The notes beneath the pieces were generated by a model. That model saw nothing but the letters and a program-made list of their open reading frames with translations. It was not told the origin of the DNA and searched no databases. A stretch of DNA of 64,000 bases from Euryarchaeota archaeon UBA552 (lineage in GTDB: Archaea; Thermoplasmatota; Poseidoniia; Poseidoniales; Thalassarchaeaceae), in the NCBI GenBank assembly GCA_002499585.1, contig DAMH01000002.1, forward strand, positions 32,147-96,146. Reading direction: 5' to 3'. Below, piece after piece: positions 57,001 to 64,000 of the stretch (positions are counted from its first letter, which is position 1; every line of letters begins with the position of its first letter). The position numbers and the translations under genes were made by a program.

Positions 57001-57742
57001 GGAATATGGAGCCAAGTAACATGATTATGACGCCGTTTTCTCCAGCGACTGAGCCAGCAGAGGATCCAATTGCCAACAAAACCAGTGTGGCTTGGGCCGC
57101 TACTGCATCACTATCGTACCTGTAGGACAGCAGGATATTCAGACAGACCAAGGAGCACAGGGCCAAACCAACTTGGGGGAGTGTCAATGGAAGAACAGAT
57201 CCAACAACCCAATTGTCCAGTTCCAGAGCTGCTCCATAAAGGATCTTCATGGATATAATCACCCATGCGATTCCGAGCAATCTTAGATGAACGTCTTTGA
57301 TCCACCTTTCCCCCAGGAACAATCCGATCGAGGCTAGAACGAGCAATATGGGTATTGCAGCCCCCGCATCCATCTCTAATCCGATCAAGAGGCTCAGGGC
57401 ACTGTAGGCAATCACCATAACCGACATCAAAACCCAGTTGACCCGTCGCTCAGTGTCTCTGATCGAGGGTGCCAGATCAAATCGATCTGGAACCTTGTGG
57501 TCTTCCGAGAAGATTTCAGGTATGGGGCCAAGAGCGTCATCGAAGCTGCTTTTTTTATCCACTATTCCTCTATCTTCAAACTTGAAATCCAAGTCTCCTG
57601 AGAGCTCTAGGATACCGTCTGAATCGAAATTTTTTCTGCGCAGGACGACGTCCCGCTCCTTGGGCATGTTAGACCGCTGAATGGGTACCGAGATGAAAGG
57701 TTCGCAATCTTTCGGCCAAAATGCCTCTTCACAATCTTTCAT
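54035..57742 (-). CDS. Giant polytopic integral membrane protein (about 1240 aa), unknown function
   Basis: A soluble N-terminal region of about 100 aa, then near-continuous hydrophobic helices (roughly 30 or more by eye) to the C-terminus. Start trimmed to the ATG at 57742 (alternative 57667) to avoid overlap with pckA. Confidence 0.6.
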   Translation of the reverse strand: MKDCEEAFWPKDCEPFISVPIQRSNMPKERDVVLRRKNFDSDGILELSGDLDFKFEDRGIVDKKSSFDDALGPIPEIFSEDHKVPDRFDLAPSIRDTERRVNWVLMSVMVIAYSALSLLIGLEMDAGAAIPILLVLASIGLFLGERWIKDVHLRLLGIAWVIISMKILYGAALELDNWVVGSVLPLTLPQVGLALCSLVCLNILLSYRYDSDAVAAQATLVLLAIGSSAGSVAGENGVIIMLLGSIFLLHSIASNRSSGNLAALGIAMSNLWFGMHVATDGFEVGSLTIVALESPLKLFLALIAVNSLNAVMATRFSSSENWFSSGLELLGIGKPGLWGVSVLLSVSGALVVVGSVRENAAFAFAIVALLSLCYFASYLVVRGTNRSKVLLFSAFSILILSSLTTGIEVGLVGIGVGPYWIFSAGTCISLASLLWRYQGKVSDTVLWTGSIVSTALVLVITPLDGTYENGLFLVVMILSTMHIAGGLLSVKRKSASLAGVSILIPWIWPVLILTVYEVIATVSDVNSDPEMKIGSLLEIGDRILIGYLCGSSILAALICSNFKNASLNISSGVTGSSEISAAVKQSNAFNLWNLALWLPVSSTVILFIGGQFSPVEAPIILFSISMVHSLSSLVGARIESTLFIPVVTGLGGMCLQWLGCDASIVILVVGLSVLTPIAIGKWNPTEDWLGFLIQVGPVLILMPETASMNVVNSDLQWLPDPATCVVSIGVFSVITAMQRTSLQQRILPLSTVIIVQTTLNSILSFLDGRLTLVALSLTAFFASSIWFVTKGELIRELKSVSEKNRRIREVAASQASLSMSQDYHPVVEESRRKGMKESHGESYIEEVRHFPVVAISVIGIVSISLALYSFLTGPAPFLLLCAGSFLVIIVILEGQRSERIGIRLTDTLGSDTTAATAVIGVSCAVVLGHTNPSSSVRDMTDFGVATALTVMIAMSSLWNSDKGLEARRAMLNWIVYPLASTRIIGFVLIGSLPAPLGVNPFDGNMLSWTYPFVLLEAVLALCIFLDFLIDRQGGHEGHRRGADEVLFPFSVIVLSWGPAGILAAVKGVYSTVKGRRERVAATLALLLPISIVSLQPVLSSTSSLGGYVVVVELLIFICILFACLFRDLDRWIVPALQTSHVLVIVCSFAIFGLRSGILVLFIISSLAWSLGVVKFRKGLRVTGLVDLALATVFGIMIWLSDMDGAWLLAVTGFVSMELAIVLWLSQKNMQSLQID

Positions 57743-57766
57743 ATCCGAAATTCTACTCGGAGGTCC

Positions 57767-59395
57767 ATGAGCGAGCAGACGCCAACGAACTCTGCGACAG
57801 TGTACGCGACACCACTGGGCACACACGGCTTAGATCCAAAGGGAGTAGTTCACTGGAATCTCTCTGGAAAAGAACTCCGAGATATCGCAGTCGAGCGAGG
57901 TGAGGCAACCAAAACTGCCCATGGAGCTCTTCTTGCAACGACAGGAGAACGAACCGGAAGGTCGCCCAATGACAGATTCATCGTAAATGAACCGGGTTTA
58001 TCCTCAGACGTCCATTGGAGCAATGTCAATCGCCCCATTTCGCCCGAGGCTTTCGATCATCTGGTGGAAATGACTCGAGATCACCTCAATTCTGCAGAGA
58101 GACTTTTTGTGAAAGACATGCATTGTGGCGCAGACCCAGAAATAGCAATGCCCGTGAGGTTAGTTAGCGAGAGCGCATGGCATTCTGCATTCATGCACAA
58201 CATGTTCATCCGCTCAGAGAAGGACTCACTGTTTTCGCATGTCCCCGAATTTACAATTCTTCACGCACCCTTTTTGATCGCAAATCCCAAGGAAGACGGA
58301 GTCAATTCAGAGGTTTTCGTTGCAATATCAATGACCAGGGGCTTGGTTCTGATAGGAGGTACGAGGTACGCTGGGGAGATAAAAAAATCCATTTTCACGA
58401 TTATGAACCACATTCTCCCTTCACGCGGCATGTTGCCCATGCACTGCTCGGCAAACACCTCTGACAATGGATCAGCGCTATTCTTTGGACTGTCCGGGAC
58501 CGGTAAAACAACTCTTTCGGCCGATCCAGAAAGGGCATTAGTCGGCGATGATGAACATGGGTGGTCGGACAAGGGAATATTCAATTTCGAAGGAGGATGT
58601 TATGCCAAAATGATCGGCTTGTCAAAAGTGGATGAGCCGGCCATATACGCGACTACGAGGATGGAGTCAACGATCCTGGAGAATGTAATACTTGACGCCG
58701 ATGGAATACCTAATTTTCACGATTCTACCCTAACACAGAACACAAGGGCATCATATCCAATAGAATCCATCGAGAACAGAACAGAAGACTCGACCGCAGG
58801 ACATCCCAAAAATGTGGTATTCCTGACATGTGATGCATTCGGGGTCCTCCCACCCATATCGAGACTATCCCCTGATCAGGCTGCTTATCACTTCATATCC
58901 GGATATACCGCCAAGGTCGCTGGGACAGAGGTGGGCGTCACAGAGCCAATGGCCACTTTTTCGGCATGCTTTGGTGCACCTTTTATGCCGCGTCACCCTA
59001 GCGAATACGCCAATCTCCTGTCTCAGAAAATTGCCGAACATAACGCATCCTGCTGGCTAATTAATACAGGCTGGATCGCAGGAGGGTATGGAGAGAGCAG
59101 CCGAATTAGAATAAAATGGACGCGCACGCTGCTTAATGCAGCTTTGTCTGGGGCGCTTGAAGATGTTGTGTTCGTCACAGATGAGAGATTTGGATTCAAG
59201 ATCCCTGCTACCTGCGATGGGGTCCCCTCCGAGATATTGCAGCCGCGTTCAACATGGGCAGACCCTCAAAGATACGACAATGTCGCGAACGTGCTAGTTC
59301 AGATGTTCAATGAAAACTTCGAAAGCTTTGCTGATGGATGCAGCCCTGAAGTCAGAGCAGCCGGGCCCAAGATATACGAGAATCAGAGTCTTTGA
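57767..59395 (+). CDS. pckA: Phosphoenolpyruvate carboxykinase (ATP)
   Basis: GLSGTGKTTLS kinase-1a, GDDEHGW, RTGRSPNDRF. GGAGG just upstream of the ATG. Confidence 0.95.
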   Translation: MSEQTPTNSATVYATPLGTHGLDPKGVVHWNLSGKELRDIAVERGEATKTAHGALLATTGERTGRSPNDRFIVNEPGLSSDVHWSNVNRPISPEAFDHLVEMTRDHLNSAERLFVKDMHCGADPEIAMPVRLVSESAWHSAFMHNMFIRSEKDSLFSHVPEFTILHAPFLIANPKEDGVNSEVFVAISMTRGLVLIGGTRYAGEIKKSIFTIMNHILPSRGMLPMHCSANTSDNGSALFFGLSGTGKTTLSADPERALVGDDEHGWSDKGIFNFEGGCYAKMIGLSKVDEPAIYATTRMESTILENVILDADGIPNFHDSTLTQNTRASYPIESIENRTEDSTAGHPKNVVFLTCDAFGVLPPISRLSPDQAAYHFISGYTAKVAGTEVGVTEPMATFSACFGAPFMPRHPSEYANLLSQKIAEHNASCWLINTGWIAGGYGESSRIRIKWTRTLLNAALSGALEDVVFVTDERFGFKIPATCDGVPSEILQPRSTWADPQRYDNVANVLVQMFNENFESFADGCSPEVRAAGPKIYENQSL

Positions 59396-61665
59396 GCACT
59401 CATTCTTTGTGCGTCAACGCCGCATATCGCAGCCATATGCACCACTTCCCTGACGCTGTCCCCACGCTGCAAAACGTGCGCTGGTTTCGAAAGCCCGTCC
59501 AGTATAGGGCCGGTCATTTCCGCGCCCGCAAGCCTCTGAAGTAGTTTATATGCAATATTTGCAGATTCCAAGCTTGGACATATCAGGACATTCGCGGGGC
59601 CCTTGAATGTCATGAATGGGAAATCTGCTTGCTGCTCAGACACTAAAGCGGTGTCTGCCTGCATGGGTCCGTCGATTACGATGTCAGGATCTATCTCACG
59701 AGCCATTATAATCGACTCCTCGATTCTTGTGGTTCGCAATTCCCCACTAGATCCAAAATTGGAAAAAGATAACATTGCAACTTTGGGTTTTACGCCGAAT
59801 CGCCTGGCGACTCTGGATGTCCTGACAGCTATCTCAGCAAGGGTCCTTGCATCAGGGTTTATGTTTATAGTAGCATCTGCGATAAACATTACTTGGCCAC
59901 CAACTGTCATCATGTATGACCCCACTACTCTGTGGGCGTCCTCCGAGGTTCCGATGATCTTCAGACATGGTTTCACTATGTCGGGATAATTGTGGCTGAC
60001 TCCTCCTAGGTACCCATCCGCATCCCCCATTCTAACCATCATCGGAGCGAACCATGTCGGTTGTTTGAGAAGCTCAATCGCATCAAGCTGACTTATACCT
60101 CTTCTTCCACGTAATTCATGAAGCTCATCAGCATATTCCCCACGTCTTCTCTTGTCATATCTCGGGTCAATTATCTCACAGTCCAGATCAAGGCCCAAAT
60201 CAACTATAGCACCTCTTATCCTCTTCAATTGGCCAAGCAATATGGGGTGACATATCCCTTCTTGTGCGCAATGAGCGGCTGCTTTGATAATTGTAGGATC
60301 CTCTCCCTCGGAGAAAACAATTCTTTTGGGGTTCAACTTAGCTCGGTTAATGACCGAGCGCATCACTGAGCGGGTCAGCCCTAAACGGCTTTCCAGCTCT
60401 TCTCTGTAATCCTGGATGTTGAAACTTCCCTTGGGTATCCGCGCTACTCCCTCATTTACAGCTGCCTCCGCCACCGCTGATGCCTCCCATATCAGGACCC
60501 TTGCATCGAATGGCTTGGGAATCAGGTAATCAGGACCGTACTGGATCCGGACTCCGTCATAGGCTTCCAGGACATCATCAGGCACAGTTTCCTTTGCTAG
60601 TTTTGACAGTGCCCTGGTCGCAGCCATTTTCATGCCTTCTGTGATGCTTGTAGCCCTTACGTCCAAAGCTCCTCTGAAGATGTAGGGAAATCCTAGAACA
60701 TTGTTAATTTGATTGGGGTAATCACTCCTTCCAGTCGCTATCACGGCGTCGCTTCTTACCTCGCGAACCTCTTCTGGCAATATTTCCGGGTCAGGATTTG
60801 CGAGAGCGAAAATCAACGGTCTTTCCGCCATTGATGCAACCATCTCCTTGTCGACAACCCCTCCTTTGGAGAGTCCTAAGAACACATCTGCGTCCTTCAT
60901 CAATTCCCCGAGGGTGTTGTTTGGTAGATCTTGCGCGAATTGCATCTTGTACTCGTTCAACTCACCCTTATCACCCCTCTTTTTTGTGAGTAGGCCCTTT
61001 GAGTCACACATGAACAAATTGATCGGATCGACACCCAATCTGAGATAATGCCTTGCGCAGGAAATGGCAGAAGCCCCAGCACCGGAGATAACAACTTTGA
61101 CTTTCTCGATGGGCTTCTCAACAACTTCCAATCCGTTCAACAGAGCCGCGCCGCTGATAATGGCGGTGCCGTGTTGATCATCATGCATCACTGGAATATC
61201 TAGCTCTTCCTTGAGCCGCCTCTCTATTTCAAAACATTCTGGAGACTTTATGTCCTCGAGGTTTATCCCGCCGAAAGTCGGAGCAATTGCTTTTACTGCT
61301 TCCACAAAACCCTCGACCGAATTGCGATCTATTTCGATGTCAAACACATCAATGTCTGCAAATGACTTGAACAACAGCCCTTTGCCCTCCATTACAGGCT
61401 TTCCGGCCAGTGCACCTATGTCTCCCAATCCCAAAACAGCTGTACCGTTGCTGATCACACCGACCAGATTCCCCTTAGATGTGTAGGAGAAAGCAAGGTC
61501 CCCATCTTTTTGAATCTCCAAGCATGGATACGCCACACCAGGTGAATATGCCAGCGATAACTCATGGGCTGTTGAATGAGGCTTAGTGGGCTTTGTGCTC
61601 AGTTTACCCGGCACTGGAAGCTTGTGATAGTCGAGTGCCTCCTCGCGCAGCCTGTCGTTCGCCAT
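59383..61665 (-). CDS. maeB: NADP-dependent malic enzyme with C-terminal phosphotransacetylase-like domain (MaeB type)
   Basis: Malic enzyme core ([22 protein letters not shown]) plus a PTA-like domain of about 330 aa; 760 aa. Confidence 0.95.
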   Translation of the reverse strand: MANDRLREEALDYHKLPVPGKLSTKPTKPHSTAHELSLAYSPGVAYPCLEIQKDGDLAFSYTSKGNLVGVISNGTAVLGLGDIGALAGKPVMEGKGLLFKSFADIDVFDIEIDRNSVEGFVEAVKAIAPTFGGINLEDIKSPECFEIERRLKEELDIPVMHDDQHGTAIISGAALLNGLEVVEKPIEKVKVVISGAGASAISCARHYLRLGVDPINLFMCDSKGLLTKKRGDKGELNEYKMQFAQDLPNNTLGELMKDADVFLGLSKGGVVDKEMVASMAERPLIFALANPDPEILPEEVREVRSDAVIATGRSDYPNQINNVLGFPYIFRGALDVRATSITEGMKMAATRALSKLAKETVPDDVLEAYDGVRIQYGPDYLIPKPFDARVLIWEASAVAEAAVNEGVARIPKGSFNIQDYREELESRLGLTRSVMRSVINRAKLNPKRIVFSEGEDPTIIKAAAHCAQEGICHPILLGQLKRIRGAIVDLGLDLDCEIIDPRYDKRRRGEYADELHELRGRRGISQLDAIELLKQPTWFAPMMVRMGDADGYLGGVSHNYPDIVKPCLKIIGTSEDAHRVVGSYMMTVGGQVMFIADATININPDARTLAEIAVRTSRVARRFGVKPKVAMLSFSNFGSSGELRTTRIEESIIMAREIDPDIVIDGPMQADTALVSEQQADFPFMTFKGPANVLICPSLESANIAYKLLQRLAGAEMTGPILDGLSKPAHVLQRGDSVREVVHMAAICGVDAQRMSAQRL

Positions 61666-61810
61666 GTCACTTACCGTCTACTGCCCCATGACCACGTTGA
61701 TATGATGCTATCCCATGCTTTTCACATAAAACAGAGATATCTGCGCGGTAGATTCTCTACGAACATCAACGCATCTTCTTAATTATGGGATGGTGAAGGA
61801 GTGGTGCCTA

Positions 61811-64000
61811 ATGAGGTCAGGCCAGCGGCGGCGCAAAACTGGACAAACCTCCTTCTTGGCCCCGATAATTGCGATCATACTGATGCTATCGATGCCCTGG
61901 TCCGCTTCCCTAGACTTACGAGAAAACCATCAGCCTGCTGAGACAAACGGAATAATTTGGGGCGGGTCCGGATCTGTTGACACTGGTTGGATTACCGTAG
62001 GTTCAGACAACAATGGCACATCAACAACCATAATTCAGCACCCTCCAGGAGCCTCAATCTCAAATCTTTCATTTGAGATAGGGGTCAACGGTTCCAGAGG
62101 CGTTTGCGCACAGGACCCGATCCTTACACTCGTCGATGCCAATCAGGCAATATTCGACGGTTCAGGAATCGGGGGTTTCGGATGTAATCTGGCATATACC
62201 CCCGATCCGATAATCGATGGTTACATGGATCCATATTCTAACTCAGACTCAGGCTTCCTCCTTCCATCTGGAGCTGAGCTGACCGATCTGGTGATCCAGG
62301 CTTTGCGCCCAGCCTCACCGAGGCTGTCAAGCTCTACACCCTCCATGAGTATCCATGATACTTCGTACGATCCATCAACAGATCGGATGTTTCTTCTGGT
62401 TGACGATGACTTGTTGGTTATCGATGAAGATGTCAGCACACCAATAGTCCATGTCGAGGAAATCGCGGGAAGAGCGCTACAAGTCTTACCATCTGAAGAC
62501 CTTTTGTTAGTCATTGATCATGCAGGTCTACTCTCTTCTTACAAGCTCAGCAATACTGAACTGAAATCTACACATAATTTGAGCACAGTGGTAACCTCCA
62601 CAGCCGCCCCACTTTCGTGGAACGCAACTATTCAGACTCAAATTTATTCGGGGCAAGACAATTTCACCTGGGTGGTACATGGTTGTCATGTTTTGTGGAG
62701 GGAAATGGGAATGGCACTCGACACATGGTATAACAGAAATATCTGTATCAATGGAGAAAAACTCAGTATTTCATCAGTCTTCTTCTCCCATCAAACACTG
62801 TACCTGGGGACGGCTGGTGATGGGCTTCTAACATTTGATTACACTACGGACACGAATGGCAATCCAGACCTTATGAACCAGACCATCTACAACACCGAAT
62901 CGTCCCAGGCTCTCGTCTCGGACAGCATCACATCCATCCTGATGATGGGGGATCAGATCCTAATCGCTGGTAACGGAGGTGTCGATCGATTGCATATTCC
63001 GTCACAAACCTGGCTCAGCCCGTGGACTGTGGCGAATTGGCTAGACACGAATGAGGTATCTACACTTATCAGAACTGATAATTTTCTGCATGTTGTTACA
63101 CCGGCCAAAATACACAGATATGACACGAGAGTCCTAGCATTCGACGGAGACATAACTCCTTCCCAAGTGAATCAAACTCAATTTATATCAGCTTTTGATT
63201 GGCCTACATCACAACATGGAATTGTGACCTCCGACGGATCGGGGTCACTCTCCAGAATCGTGGATATGGTTCCAGTCGAACCGCTTGTTATAGCCAGCGG
63301 ACCGTCGATCCTCAACCCGAATGTAGTATCAGTAATTGACACTCCCTCCGGAAAGCAGAGTTGGTTTGCCAAAGACAGTGAAATAGACAGGTTCGATGAA
63401 GAGTCGAAGCGATGGCTCGGTGCTCGGGATTTCGCATCAGATGGAATTACGTCAGAAATAACCGACATCGTCCAAATTGACACATCAATAGTATTGGTAT
63501 CTACAACTGGGCATGGGATTCTGCAATTGGATTCATCCTCTGGAGATCTGCTTGGTACGATATCAGGATCAGACGTAGCCGGGATCAATGAGATGGTGTT
63601 TGATGAGGCCACAAACCTTGTATTTGTTTCCATGCCTGAATTTGGGATCGCTATCGGCAATTCCACTGATTTTGACGACTACGTATTCTACGACGAAGAT
63701 TCGGGTCTGGATTCACTGGAATTTACTGCTATGGCTTCTAGATCTGATATCCTTTTCATTGGCACTTCTGATGCAGGTGTGATAAGGATAGAGATATCCA
63801 CTGAGACTGTTTTGCCATCATGGAGGTCACTTGGGATCGACGATGTCGAAGAAGCTCCTATAGCCTATTTCGACCGTGACGACACGATATTTCTAGGACT
63901 CAAAGGCTTCGGGGTCATTATACTCGATCGATTCACTGGACAAGTCTTGCACATTTGGGATCAGGCCGACGGTTCTTTGCCTGATGATGATGTCAACGAC
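61811..64000 (+). CDS. Large secreted/surface protein, beta-propeller-like repeats (partial, runs off window)
   Basis: Open frame from the ATG at 61811 to the window end (730 codons, hand-translated, absent from the track). Basic N-terminus plus hydrophobic signal/anchor (FLAPIIAIILMLSM). Repeats end in G..LPDDDVN, like two-component-regulator propeller repeats. Confidence 0.65.
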   Translation, partial: MRSGQRRRKTGQTSFLAPIIAIILMLSMPWSASLDLRENHQPAETNGIIWGGSGSVDTGWITVGSDNNGTSTTIIQHPPGASISNLSFEIGVNGSRGVCAQDPILTLVDANQAIFDGSGIGGFGCNLAYTPDPIIDGYMDPYSNSDSGFLLPSGAELTDLVIQALRPASPRLSSSTPSMSIHDTSYDPSTDRMFLLVDDDLLVIDEDVSTPIVHVEEIAGRALQVLPSEDLLLVIDHAGLLSSYKLSNTELKSTHNLSTVVTSTAAPLSWNATIQTQIYSGQDNFTWVVHGCHVLWREMGMALDTWYNRNICINGEKLSISSVFFSHQTLYLGTAGDGLLTFDYTTDTNGNPDLMNQTIYNTESSQALVSDSITSILMMGDQILIAGNGGVDRLHIPSQTWLSPWTVANWLDTNEVSTLIRTDNFLHVVTPAKIHRYDTRVLAFDGDITPSQVNQTQFISAFDWPTSQHGIVTSDGSGSLSRIVDMVPVEPLVIASGPSILNPNVVSVIDTPSGKQSWFAKDSEIDRFDEESKRWLGARDFASDGITSEITDIVQIDTSIVLVSTTGHGILQLDSSSGDLLGTISGSDVAGINEMVFDEATNLVFVSMPEFGIAIGNSTDFDDYVFYDEDSGLDSLEFTAMASRSDILFIGTSDAGVIRIEISTETVLPSWRSLGIDDVEEAPIAYFDRDDTIFLGLKGFGVIILDRFTGQVLHIWDQADGSLPDDDVND

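Noticed and set aside
1-64000. CRISPR arrays, transposons/IS elements, prophage, toxin-antitoxin or known defence islands
   Set aside because: No spaced direct repeats, terminal inverted repeats, transposase or integrase genes, or recognisable defence gene sets were seen anywhere in the window. A systematic repeat search was not possible by eye.

Overview
This is a densely packed archaeal chromosomal segment with about 65 genes, moderate GC and short spacers. Archaeal information-processing markers include the PolD large subunit DP2, primase PriL, archaeal DnaG and the conserved uS13-uS4-uS11-Rpo3 block. Others are archaeal-type LeuRS, deoxyhypusine synthase, a Pcc1-like ORF and the archaeal CoA route (phosphopantothenate synthetase and a pantoate-kinase-like GHMP kinase). 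These sit beside bacterial-like accessory genes: CspA, Grx4/BolA, thioredoxin, ATP-PEPCK, MaeB, class II fumarase, ABC-F and aquaporin. Very large membrane and surface proteins are also present. By inference only, this mix suggests a planktonic Thermoplasmatota-like euryarchaeon (Marine Group II/III-like). I saw no rRNA, CRISPR array, transposase, integrase or prophage. There is one tRNA, Cys-GCA, with an atypical D/T-loop elbow. The most unusual feature is a 797-nt ORF-free gap (9390-10186) between convergent genes. It is purine-skewed on the + strand, packed with stable hairpins including two C(UUCG)G tetraloops, and preceded by a BRE/TATA-like element. It looks like one or more structured ncRNAs, and I could not fit it to RNase P, SRP, 5S or tRNA consensus by eye. 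Secondary points are a ribbon-helix-helix/fumarase fusion, a homolog of the eukaryotic CDIN1 (C15orf41, TPD-motif) PD-(D/E)XK nuclease, and a roughly 1240-aa polytopic membrane protein cluster. Also noted are Zn-ribbon insertions in Rpo3 and a wHTH-STAND-like ATPase. The track's leading M can stand for GTG or TTG, so where I read the underlying codon I trimmed to an internal ATG or noted the alternative start in the evidence.
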